Shown here: positions 8,748 through 16,927 of the stretch, piece by piece | How positions within the stretch are numbered: the stretch's first letter is position 1 | How the letters are laid out: each line of letters opens with the position of its first letter | Assembly (NCBI GenBank): GCA_038257495.1 | Contig: JBBSJF010000001.1 | Location: 1-33,546, forward strand | Reading direction: 5' to 3' | DNA length: 33,546 nt | From: Candidatus Saccharimonadales bacterium | Lineage (GTDB): Bacteria; Patescibacteriota; Saccharimonadia; Saccharimonadales; JBBSJF01 | Translations under genes and position numbers: made by a program | Notes under the pieces: model-generated | The model's database searches: none | What the model was told of the DNA's origin: nothing | Seen by the model: only the letters and a program-made list of their open reading frames with translations

Positions 8748-8772
8748 AGCGCTCCATTATAGGAGCGCTTTT
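8748..8772 (+). terminator. Rho-independent terminator after the capsid gene
   Basis: Perfect 8-bp stem AGCGCTCC/GGAGCGCT, 6-nt loop, TTTT tail. Confidence 0.75.
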
Positions 8773-8776
8773 CTTA

Positions 8777-8785
8777 TGTTAAAAT
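8777..8785 (+). promoter_or_regulatory. Extended -10 promoter TGTTAAAAT, probably giving a leaderless mRNA
   Basis: The -10 ends 6 nt before ATG 8792. No SD sequence lies in between. Confidence 0.4.
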
Positions 8786-8791
8786 AAACGT

Positions 8792-8983
8792 ATGGCTAAA
8801 AGTAAACCACTACTTTATATAAATAGATTTACCGGTAATATAATACAGGTTTCAATGTTTCAAGTTGCAACACTTAATGAGGACTGGTCGCGCATTAAGT
8901 TTGTAAAAAACAAATACGGCGAACGTGTTATGCGTGTAGAGTTAAATGGTGCTACAGTAGATATATCAGAAAGCAAAGCTTAA
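8792..8983 (+). CDS. Hypothetical protein
   Basis: ORF track. Confidence 0.45.
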   Translation: MAKSKPLLYINRFTGNIIQVSMFQVATLNEDWSRIKFVKNKYGERVMRVELNGATVDISESKA

Positions 8984-8996
8984 GAGGTAGCAATAC

Positions 8997-9305
8997 ATGG
9001 CAACCAAGACCCAAAGCAAATATATAACCGATCTCGCGGTACTAAAAACTAAAGAGTTTAAAGAGGTTAAAGAGTTGCTACTTGCAAATGGCATAATCAG
9101 CGAGAATGCCGAGACAATAAAGAAAGCTCAAAGCATTGCTGAGATTAACAATTCCCTAACTGATTTACAAGCATCGCGCTTTATAGATATACTTATAAAT
9201 ACCAAAGCCCCTGCACGTGATCGCACATATTCTAAGAAGCGAGTGGATCGCACTATATCTGCACTTGATGATATTAAAAATACGATCGCTGGCTGGAAGT
9301 TCTAA
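8997..9305 (+). CDS. Hypothetical protein
   Basis: ORF track. GAGG RBS. Confidence 0.5.
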   Translation: MATKTQSKYITDLAVLKTKEFKEVKELLLANGIISENAETIKKAQSIAEINNSLTDLQASRFIDILINTKAPARDRTYSKKRVDRTISALDDIKNTIAGWKF

Positions 9306-9850
9306 TGGATTACGCTAGATTGAATGACACTATAATTAAAAAGATAATGGCGGCGCTTGCTCTAATAAATAATCCTGAGATAGATCCCGAGGTGCGCCAA
9401 CTTAACCAAGAGATATTGTTCAGAGAGGTTGGTCAGGCTGTCTACTCTAAAGTATATGATATGAATGCCTTTGACTACGAGATACAACATACGCGTGGTT
9501 TAGGCATTGATGATAGGCATTTTGGATTAGCAAAGGTTGCTTCTGGGAGTGTGTCTACTGGCACGCCTGACTTAAAATTACTTATCGTAAACTATTTAGA
9601 TACTATGGCAGCCAAAGCTCAGAGCGATGCTACTACTAACGCCAAACAGTCTGGCAAACGTACAAGGGTAATACGAAGGATGAATGGAGAGACATGTAAG
9701 TGGTGTGAGTCGTTGGCTGGTACTTATACAAATCCCGATAGTGAGGTTTTCAAGCGCCATCGTGGTTGTGACTGCACTATTGTTACCGAGGGATATAAAA
9801 CTCGTAACGGATTACTTGATAATTACGTAAAAGCCGAAGATGGTAATTGA
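9305..9850 (+). CDS. Minor head / head morphogenesis protein (SPP1 gp7 / Mu F-like C-terminal motif)
   Basis: C-terminal Cys/His motif CKWCESLAGTYTNPDSEVFKRHRGCDCTIV. TAATG coupling to the upstream gene. Confidence 0.5.
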   Translation: MDYARLNDTIIKKIMAALALINNPEIDPEVRQLNQEILFREVGQAVYSKVYDMNAFDYEIQHTRGLGIDDRHFGLAKVASGSVSTGTPDLKLLIVNYLDTMAAKAQSDATTNAKQSGKRTRVIRRMNGETCKWCESLAGTYTNPDSEVFKRHRGCDCTIVTEGYKTRNGLLDNYVKAEDGN

Positions 9851-10205
9851 GCTTAACCTTGATGGCAACGTAGTTAGCAAAAAGAACTCTCGTATTAATC
9901 GTGGCGATGGCATGTCGTTTCCTAGTAAGAAATACATGGACTGGCAGAAGTCGGCATTGCAACAAGTCCGATTACAGACTCGTCACCGATTCTTTGCGCC
10001 TGTATCTGCGGAGGTAATCATCTACTTCGGTACTAAAACTAGAGCCGATCTAGATAACCGCCTAACTAGTATTTTAGATATGCTCGTAGAAGCGCTTATA
10101 CTGCGTGATGATAAATGGCAGGATGTACCGATCATGCAGGCTCAGGCTGAATACCGAAAGAGCAAGCCGGGCGCTTTTATACGGCTAACAGAGCTTATGT
10201 TATAG
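9840..10205 (+). CDS. rusA: RusA-like Holliday junction resolvase
   Basis: SKKNSR ... YMDWQK ... TRADLDNRLTSILDML ... LRDDKW pattern, and a size of 121 aa. Confidence 0.55.
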   Translation: MVIELNLDGNVVSKKNSRINRGDGMSFPSKKYMDWQKSALQQVRLQTRHRFFAPVSAEVIIYFGTKTRADLDNRLTSILDMLVEALILRDDKWQDVPIMQAQAEYRKSKPGAFIRLTELML

Positions 10206-10239
10206 TTAGATATATTGTAGTACAATATTAAAGAATAAT

Positions 10240-10269
10240 AAACACGCATACGGTGCGGCAAATCCGGCT
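10240..10269 (+). promoter_or_regulatory. Conserved 30-nt 5' leader element, copy A (upstream of portal)
   Basis: aaacacgcatacggtgcggcaaatccggct is identical to 14890-14919. Confidence 0.6.
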
Positions 10270-10282
10270 TAAAAGGAATAAG

Positions 10283-11641
10283 ATGGATCAACTGCCGGTA
10301 AACCCACTAATAGCCATTATTGAAGAGTTAGCAAGATCACTACTAAAGACTCTTGCCACTAAAGAATCCAAAGTACAAACAAAATACGAATACTACAACG
10401 CTGATAATGATATACGCGACTTTGGTATATCCAGTCCTAAGAGCATGATTAATTCCTTGCCTGGTATTGGATGGGCAGGTCGCGCTGTAAATACACTATC
10501 AGACCGCGTTGTATTTGACGGCTTTGCAAATGACACGTTCGGTATAAATGATTACTTGGATGGAATTAATGCTACTAGTGTAATCAGCAAAGCAAAGCAC
10601 GATGCCTTTATTGCCGGTTGCGCCTTTGTAGCAATAGCCGATGATCCCGATCCAAACCAAAACAGGAAGGTGCTAGTACCTTTTACAGCTCGAGAAGCCA
10701 CAGGCGAGGTAGATCAGAATACTGGCTTGCTAAAATATGGTCTAGCTGTTACTAAATGGGGTAGAATTAATGAGTTGACCAAAAGTAAGCTCGGAGTCAT
10801 GTTTGACCCAGAGGATTACATTGTATTTACTCCTCAGTTCACAGCTATATTCGAGAGTCGCACAATATCAGAGATTATACCTAACCCCACTAAGCGTACT
10901 TTGCTCCATGCTATTACAAACCGAGCTAGCGCAGATCGTCCACTTGGCAAATCCAGGCTTACTAATACAGCTCGGCGTATTATTCAGGAGGTCGGTAGGC
11001 TCAAAAGACGCGAAGAGATAGCCGAGGAGTTTTACGCATTACCGCAGCGCTACATTAATGGTTTAGCAGAGGGCGCTAAAAAGGACGATGGACTAGACTC
11101 GGCTATTGGCAAGGTGTGGGCTATAACAAAAGACGAAGAAGGTGAGAAACCCGAAATCGGTCAGCTAGCACAGATGAGCATTAGTGGATTTACAGAAGCC
11201 AAGAAAGACAAAGCGCGTGACTTTTGTGCCGAGACTGCATTAACCCTGCGCAACTTAGGTTATGAGACAGGAAACCCAAGCAGTGCCGAAAGCTTGGCTG
11301 CTATGTCAGATGATCTTTTACTCGAGGCTACTAACTGCCAAGATGAGATGGGCAAACAAATTAAAGAGATAGCCATAACTTTACGCATGGCATTGGATCG
11401 AAACGATGTTACTCCTGATCAGCTTAGGGGCATAGTACCGGCATGGAAGCCTATATTTCAGGTTGATCTTGGAGCTGCAGGCGATGCAATATTTAAGTTG
11501 TTCCAGACTATGCCAGAGCTACAGGGTACTATTGCTGGCTATCGAATGCTCGGTATTGGTATACGCGAAGCAGAGTCACTTGCAACGAGGCGCTTGGCTG
11601 CCACTACATCTGGCTTTATGAATAACGGAGGTTCTACCTAA
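10283..11641 (+). CDS. Portal protein (SPP1 gp6-like)
   Basis: ATG 10283 preceded by AAGGA. The ORF-track GTG at 10253 lies inside the conserved leader. YYNADNDIRDFG ... GWAGRAVNTLSDRVVFDGF is a portal-like pattern. Confidence 0.7.
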   Translation: MDQLPVNPLIAIIEELARSLLKTLATKESKVQTKYEYYNADNDIRDFGISSPKSMINSLPGIGWAGRAVNTLSDRVVFDGFANDTFGINDYLDGINATSVISKAKHDAFIAGCAFVAIADDPDPNQNRKVLVPFTAREATGEVDQNTGLLKYGLAVTKWGRINELTKSKLGVMFDPEDYIVFTPQFTAIFESRTISEIIPNPTKRTLLHAITNRASADRPLGKSRLTNTARRIIQEVGRLKRREEIAEEFYALPQRYINGLAEGAKKDDGLDSAIGKVWAITKDEEGEKPEIGQLAQMSISGFTEAKKDKARDFCAETALTLRNLGYETGNPSSAESLAAMSDDLLLEATNCQDEMGKQIKEIAITLRMALDRNDVTPDQLRGIVPAWKPIFQVDLGAAGDAIFKLFQTMPELQGTIAGYRMLGIGIREAESLATRRLAATTSGFMNNGGST

Positions 11642-12063
11642 TGGCTAGTCTAACACCATTCGCTTCAGTAGATGATCTAGAGGCTTTCTGGAAAACTCTT
11701 ACTACTGATGAGGCAGATCGCGCCGAGATACTTCTTACACTTGCTAGTAATCGCTTACGCTTAATAGCTGAGGGTTCTGCTATTGATTTAGACGCTAATA
11801 TTCTTGGTAGTGCTGCTTATGAATCTACCCTACAGTGGGTAGTCATGGAGTCAGTAAAAAGAGCTATGCAAGCCCCGGTCGATATGCCACCGGTTGAAAG
11901 TTATGGGCAAACTGCTGGTCCTTACTCTGAGAATTACAAGTATACTAACCCTACCGGCGACCTATGGTTTAAAAAAGCAGAATTATCTATAATAGGTTTA
12001 TCGGGCAGTCAATCATTAAGTAGTTTAAGTACCTCGCGTACAGATATATATTTAGGAAGTTAA
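11641..12063 (+). CDS. Head-tail connector (gp6-like, Phage_connect_1-type)
   Basis: N-terminus VDDLEAFWKTLTTDEADRAEILLTLASNRLR. TAATG coupling to the portal gene. Confidence 0.55.
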   Translation: MASLTPFASVDDLEAFWKTLTTDEADRAEILLTLASNRLRLIAEGSAIDLDANILGSAAYESTLQWVVMESVKRAMQAPVDMPPVESYGQTAGPYSENYKYTNPTGDLWFKKAELSIIGLSGSQSLSSLSTSRTDIYLGS

Positions 12064-12533
12064 TGGACGCATTCAATCAAACAGTAGTAGTATCAAGCTT
12101 CCTCGCTCTTATCTTAGGTGCAGCGGTATACCTCTATAGTTCAGGTAAAAAAGGTCGTAGAGATTACTTACGAGCAGACAACGCCGACTTAACAAACTCC
12201 AACACCCTCCTTAGACAGAAGATAGAGAGCCTTGAGGAAAGTGTTAAAACCTTAACAGCAACAGTAGCTAACCAACGGGATATAGCCACCCAGACACCTG
12301 ACGTAAAACTACTGCTTCAAGCTACGACTAACCAACAAACCCTAACTGCCACGCAGCATAGTGAAGTTATTTTGAAACTGACTGAACTGACAATAGAAAT
12401 ATCAAAGCTAACAAAAGAGTTCTCCCACGTTGCACAGGCTATTTCTAAGAATAGTGTAGCCCAGTCAATGAATACCGCAGCCCAAGCCAAAAACAACAAA
12501 GCTCAAGATGAAAACACTAGGAGTAGGGCGTAA
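12063..12533 (+). CDS. Membrane-anchored coiled-coil protein
   Basis: N-terminal hydrophobic helix VVVSSFLALILGAAVYLY, followed by a long Q/T/K-rich heptad-like region. Confidence 0.45.
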   Translation: MDAFNQTVVVSSFLALILGAAVYLYSSGKKGRRDYLRADNADLTNSNTLLRQKIESLEESVKTLTATVANQRDIATQTPDVKLLLQATTNQQTLTATQHSEVILKLTELTIEISKLTKEFSHVAQAISKNSVAQSMNTAAQAKNNKAQDENTRSRA

Positions 12534-12898
12534 TGGTAGGTATGCAAGCACCGGAAGATTTTGTAGTACCTCCAGTATCAGACAGGGAGAAGTTACTGCG
12601 TAAATTAGACCATCGAGACATGGCTTTCAAATCTTTTCAGTTTATTTTAGCGGTTATTCTCACCATAGGAGTTGTGTTTTCTAATGTACGGCTTAATCAA
12701 GTAGCTTCTAATAATGAGAAGAACATCGTCAAACACCGTACTCAGATTGAAGATGCAATCGCTGACAATAAAAAAGCAGGAGAAGTATTACTTTGCACAA
12801 CCTCTATCCCAGCTAGTAAAAAAAGCCAAGAAGAAGTTGATAGGTGTTATGGCGAGGGTGGTCAGGCTGAGTATCTTAAAAAACTAAAAAGCCACTAG
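12533..12898 (+). CDS. Small membrane protein
   Basis: Internal hydrophobic helix FQFILAVILTIGVVF. TAATG coupling to the upstream gene. Confidence 0.45.
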   Translation: MVGMQAPEDFVVPPVSDREKLLRKLDHRDMAFKSFQFILAVILTIGVVFSNVRLNQVASNNEKNIVKHRTQIEDAIADNKKAGEVLLCTTSIPASKKSQEEVDRCYGEGGQAEYLKKLKSH

Positions 12899-12906
12899 TT
12901 CATTTA

Positions 12907-12915
12907 TGTTATAAT
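12907..12915 (+). promoter_or_regulatory. Extended -10 promoter TGTTATAAT
   Basis: Exact TGnTATAAT located 8 nt after the stop at 12898. Confidence 0.5.
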
Positions 12916-12979
12916 TGTTTTATAAGCAGAGCGCCGCGTGCCGGTTGTTGTGCCGAATTATTATACAGGAAATAAAATA

Positions 12980-13537
12980 ATGCCAAATCTATCAAGTAAC
13001 GTATCATTCGGTAAACCAAAAGCCACAGGCGCGGTATTTGTAGCTCCTGCAGGCACTACCCTGCCTACTAACGCCACAACTGCTCTTGGTGCAGCATTCA
13101 AGGGACTAGGTTATGTTAGCGAGGACGGTTTAGTAAACTCTATAGAGTCAGATACAGAAAACGTAAATGCATGGGGTGGCGACTTAGTATTAGTCGGACA
13201 AACTAACTTCATGGAAACGTTTATGGTTAATTTGATAGAGACCAACGCCGATGCACTCAAGGTATTTTATGGCGATGCCAATGTTACGGTTGTTGGAAGC
13301 AACATCACTGTGGTTCAGAACAGCACGATGCTACCAAGCATAGTAGTAGTATTTGAGCTTGTACTAACCGGCGGACGTATTAAGCGCATAGTTGTGCCTA
13401 ATGCACAAATAGTTGATCGTAGTGGGGAGATCAGCTATGTTGATGGCGAGCCTATCTCATACCCAGCATTGTTTCAGGCATACCCTGATGCAAGCGGTAA
13501 CAGCCACACCGAGTATATTGCAGTCGTTACTTCCTAG
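12980..13537 (+). CDS. Major tail (tube) protein
   Basis: ATG 12980 with AGGAA 8 nt upstream. The ORF-track GTG at 12938 has no RBS. Lies directly upstream of the chaperone pair. FGKPKATGAVFVAPAGTTLP is a tube-like N-terminus. Confidence 0.6.
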   Translation: MPNLSSNVSFGKPKATGAVFVAPAGTTLPTNATTALGAAFKGLGYVSEDGLVNSIESDTENVNAWGGDLVLVGQTNFMETFMVNLIETNADALKVFYGDANVTVVGSNITVVQNSTMLPSIVVVFELVLTGGRIKRIVVPNAQIVDRSGEISYVDGEPISYPALFQAYPDASGNSHTEYIAVVTS

Positions 13538-13555
13538 TAACGTGATATACCCATT

Positions 13556-13585
13556 AGGCGCTCTCTCGTAGGGCGCTTTTTGTTT
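13556..13585 (+). terminator. Rho-independent terminator after the tail tube gene
   Basis: AGGCGCTC / 7-nt loop / GGGCGCTT stem (2 G-U pairs) plus a T-run. Confidence 0.6.
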
Positions 13586-13586
13586 A

Positions 13587-13595
13587 TGCTATAAT
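13587..13595 (+). promoter_or_regulatory. Extended -10 promoter TGCTATAAT
   Basis: TGnTATAAT immediately after the terminator. Confidence 0.5.
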
Positions 13596-13630
13596 TTAAA
13601 TACTAATTAAGAAGTGGAGTTGATAAAACT

Positions 13631-13966
13631 ATGGATACTGACACGCCGAAAGATGAAAAGCCAAAAAGCACCATTAAAAAGATTGAGATAGAAGAATACA
13701 CGTTTACTGTAGATACTGATTTACTTGATGATGTTGAGGCTTTCGAATACATTGATCGCATCGAAAACAAAGGACAGGTCGCTGCTATTGTGCCGTTGCT
13801 AACATTCCTTATAGGAGATCAAGGCTATGTAGAGATGAAAGCGCACTTTGCAAAGTTAGATGCTGAAGAGCATAAAGATCAGCCAGACTATAAAGGGCGC
13901 TTTAGAGTTAGCAAGCTCAATGGTGTCTATATGGCAATCATTGAGAAGTTTGACCCAAAAGACTAG
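13631..13966 (+). CDS. Tail assembly chaperone G
   Basis: Acidic 111-aa protein between the tube and tape-measure genes. Ends 2 codons after a slippery heptamer. Confidence 0.7.
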   Translation: MDTDTPKDEKPKSTIKKIEIEEYTFTVDTDLLDDVEAFEYIDRIENKGQVAAIVPLLTFLIGDQGYVEMKAHFAKLDAEEHKDQPDYKGRFRVSKLNGVYMAIIEKFDPKD

Positions 13967-14352
13967 CGCTTCACAAAATACGCCGAGAGCATTTTGATGA
14001 GTTAGAAGCGGACTTTCAACAATACTATAATCTAGATATAGATCGCGTAGACTCGGCTAAGGCATCGCGACTACTATTTCAGTTACCACGCACGTGCCGA
14101 GTGTTCACTATATTAGCGCCAGCCGTCCAATGGGGATGGTCTGAGATATTTACCAATAAAATGGTATACCTCCTTGAAACATTGGTCTGGCAAAAAAGCA
14201 AAGACGCGCAACGCAAAGTACCACAGCATAAACCTAATCCATTCCTGCCAGAGTTTATGCAACAAGATCCATCGTTAGGCGATATAAATAAAGGGCTTGA
14301 GACCCACACTACGAATGATATAGCCGATATATTAGAAAAGCCTCGCTTATAA
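13631..14352 (+). CDS. Tail assembly chaperone GT fusion (via -1 frameshift at 13954-13960)
   Basis: The -1 frame reads RLALHKIRREHFDELEADFQQYYNLDIDRV ... LLFQLPRTCRVF ... WGWSEIF ... LVWQKS, which resembles the T part of siphovirus chaperones. Confidence 0.65.
13954..13960 (+). promoter_or_regulatory. -1 programmed ribosomal frameshift site C CCA AAA
   Basis: An X XXY YYZ heptamer in the zero frame. The -1 frame is open from here to 14352. Confidence 0.7.
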
Positions 14353-14552
14353 ATAATGTATACAGTCGCGTTAAACGGCATTTTTTATCTACTGGGTTCG
14401 CGTTAATACTATTTTTTAATTAATTTATATAGAACAAAATACGAACAAAAGCCCTTCCCTACCCTACTCATTTTAAAAATAAAAAGCACCGACCCCTATA
14501 AACTTGTAAAAAATGCAAGAGTAGGGGGACAGCAGGGGACTAACCCTTACGC

Positions 14553-14861
14553 GTGAGGTATACTAATCGTATGGCTAAAGAAGTATCGTTCTCATTAGAT
14601 TTAAAAGGTGGTCAAGATATACTAACAAGTATGGTCGCGCCGTTAATAAAACAGTCGGGCGAAGCTATAGCAGCGCGTGCTAGATCAATGGCTGGGAGTA
14701 TGAGTAGCAATCCACCAGACATTACAGTTACTACTTCAGTGGGTACTATCAAGCGTGGTACTCGTGCCATTGCCACTGTCAGAGCATCCGGTGATGATGC
14801 CCACGCTAATTACATTGGATACCAAGCTCTAGCTAAAGCTAAGGATGCTGGGCGAGTCTAA
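14553..14861 (+). CDS. Hypothetical protein (start uncertain: GTG 14553 or ATG 14571)
   Basis: ORF track. No convincing RBS for either start. Confidence 0.35.
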   Translation: MRYTNRMAKEVSFSLDLKGGQDILTSMVAPLIKQSGEAIAARARSMAGSMSSNPPDITVTTSVGTIKRGTRAIATVRASGDDAHANYIGYQALAKAKDAGRV

Positions 14862-14870
14862 TCCCTTTTA

Positions 14871-14879
14871 TGTTATAAT
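14871..14879 (+). promoter_or_regulatory. Extended -10 promoter TGTTATAAT
   Basis: Exact consensus 10 nt after the stop at 14861 and 11 nt before conserved leader copy B. Confidence 0.5.
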
Positions 14880-14889
14880 TTGAATATAA

Positions 14890-14919
14890 AAACACGCATA
14901 CGGTGCGGCAAATCCGGCT
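14890..14919 (+). promoter_or_regulatory. Conserved 30-nt 5' leader element, copy B (upstream of tape measure)
   Basis: Identical to 10240-10269. Confidence 0.6.
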
Positions 14920-15076
14920 AAGAAAGGTACAACACCAACCTCATGGCAAATCAATATACACCGACTTCAAAAGACACTACACTTGATTGCCTCACCTGTC
15001 ACACTAGACCTAGCCTGAAAGTGAGGATAGCGTCATAGCTAATATTGGAACAGCAACAGTCAGAATAGCGCCGAAC

Positions 15077-16927
15077 ATGACCGGCATCCAGAGCAAGATT
15101 GCCTCTGGCTTTAAAGGCTCCGCTGGTCCTGCCACAGCAGCATTAGGCGATGAGGTTAATAAAAATAGTAGCCCTTTCCAATCGGCTATAGGTAAGCTCG
15201 GTAGTGTGGCTAAAGTAGGAGGCATAGCCATTGCTGCAGGTATTGCTGCAGGTGTAGCTGGTCTTGCAGCCCTAACAGGCAAAGCACTCATGGCTGGTGC
15301 AGAGCTAGAGCAACAGCTAGGTGGCTCTGAGGCAGTGTTCGGCGAGTTTGCTTCTGGTATACAAGAGAAGGCTAAAGTGGCATATAAAAACGCTGGTCTT
15401 TCACAGCAAGAGTTCCTGCAGGGTGCTAATAAAATGGGGTCACTATTCCAAGGCGCTGGCTTTAGCGTCCAGCAATCAATGACTATGTCCGCAGACTCAA
15501 TGCAACGAGCATCGGACATAGCATCTATTATGGGTATTAGCACAACTGATGCCCTAGAAGCAATAACCGGTATGGCCAAGGGCAATTTTACGATGATGGA
15601 TAACCTTGGCGTGGCTATGAATGATACTGCACTCGGTGCTTATGCGCTCTCAAAAGGCATTAATAAGTCAACTACATCAATGTCTATACAAGAAAAGGTA
15701 GGATTAGCAAATCAGCTATTCCTAGAAAAGACCGCTAAGTATGCCGGTAATTATGCCAAAGAAAATGATACTTTGTCGGGTAGCTTAAATACTACTAAAA
15801 AAGCGTTTGATAATCTACTTACTGGACAGGGCGATGTTAATGACTTTATAGATAGTATGCTCGGCACAATAAGTATTGCAGTCCCTAAAATAGTAGCCCT
15901 ATTGCCTAAGATAGTAACTGGCTTAAGTGCCGTATTAAACGCTCTAGTGCCAGCACTGTCTGCTGCATTGCCAACATTAATCCCAGCGCTAATAGGGGCT
16001 GTATCATCATTGTTGCAAGCAGTTGTTGCTGCATTCCCATCTATTGTTAAAGTACTAGTAGATGCTCTGCCATTGCTTATAGATGCATTTATTCAGTTAT
16101 TTCTAGCTATAGTTAAAGCATTACCTGAGATAGTAAGAATAATAACTACAGCTATGCCAACTATTATAGATGCACTGGTGGTTGGATTGACTAACCCAGA
16201 ATCAATTAAAGCTCTCCTGCTAGCCAGTATCGCTTTGCTCCTCGCTCTTATACAAGCTATACCAGTAATAGTTAATGCTATTAATGCCTCTATGCCAATT
16301 ATTATAAAGAATATAACAGCCGTCTTTACAGACCCAGTATTTATAGCAGCCATGTATAAAGCTGGCTGGCAGATACTAAAATCATTAGTATTAGGCATAA
16401 TAAGCATGAATATGGAATCTGCCAAAGTATCAGCAGGAGTAGCTTTTAATATATTGACATCAATCCAAAACGCACTAGCGCCAAGTAAATTAGAAGAAAC
16501 GGGTAAAAATATTGTTATAGGGCTATGGAATGGTATGCAGAGTCTAGGCGGCTGGCTTAAAGATAGGGTTATAAGCTTTGTTAGAGACAAAATACCCGGT
16601 CCGATAAGGACAGCACTAGGCATTAGTTCACCGTCTAAGGTAGCTGCACTACTAGGCAAACAAGTGCCTGCAGGTTTAGCGCAGGGCATAGATGCTGCAG
16701 CCGGATTAGTGTCTAAAGCAGCAACCAATATGGCAAATAATGCACTGAGTGGTATTACTGGCGCAAACATGAATGCTGAGCTTGCTGCAAACTATAATCC
16801 AATGATTTCTAATAATCCAGCATTAGCAAACTCGCCATCGGCATCAATCGTCCAAAATAATAGTATTTACAATCAGGTTGATCTAGACTCAGTAACTAGA
16901 GAGCTAGCATGGCAAATAAGGCGATAA
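15077..16927 (+). CDS. Tape measure protein (true start probably upstream, see findings)
   Basis: 616 aa, Ala/Gly/Leu-rich with a hydrophobic central segment. Lies between the chaperones and Dit. Confidence 0.75.
   Translation: MTGIQSKIASGFKGSAGPATAALGDEVNKNSSPFQSAIGKLGSVAKVGGIAIAAGIAAGVAGLAALTGKALMAGAELEQQLGGSEAVFGEFASGIQEKAKVAYKNAGLSQQEFLQGANKMGSLFQGAGFSVQQSMTMSADSMQRASDIASIMGISTTDALEAITGMAKGNFTMMDNLGVAMNDTALGAYALSKGINKSTTSMSIQEKVGLANQLFLEKTAKYAGNYAKENDTLSGSLNTTKKAFDNLLTGQGDVNDFIDSMLGTISIAVPKIVALLPKIVTGLSAVLNALVPALSAALPTLIPALIGAVSSLLQAVVAAFPSIVKVLVDALPLLIDAFIQLFLAIVKALPEIVRIITTAMPTIIDALVVGLTNPESIKALLLASIALLLALIQAIPVIVNAINASMPIIIKNITAVFTDPVFIAAMYKAGWQILKSLVLGIISMNMESAKVSAGVAFNILTSIQNALAPSKLEETGKNIVIGLWNGMQSLGGWLKDRVISFVRDKIPGPIRTALGISSPSKVAALLGKQVPAGLAQGIDAAAGLVSKAATNMANNALSGITGANMNAELAANYNPMISNNPALANSPSASIVQNNSIYNQVDLDSVTRELAWQIRR

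Noticed and set aside
10803-11021. + strand ORF 10803-11021 inside the portal gene, and similar internal ORFs (7427-7705, 7908-8288, 20423-20937, 26204-26974, 28770-29117, 30508-30834, 31070-31303, 31846-32218, 32382-32594)
   Set aside because: All are alternative-frame or antisense ORFs nested in well-supported genes, with no independent start signals.
14079-14381. Minus-strand ORF 14079-14381
   Set aside because: It overlaps the -1 frame extension of the tail chaperone, which has recognisable T-domain-like sequence.
15010-16770. Long minus-strand ORFs (15010-15585 and 16093-16770) inside the tape measure gene
   Set aside because: They are antisense shadows of an Ala/Gly/Leu-rich gene, with no RBS, low-complexity products, and the + strand gene fully explains the region.
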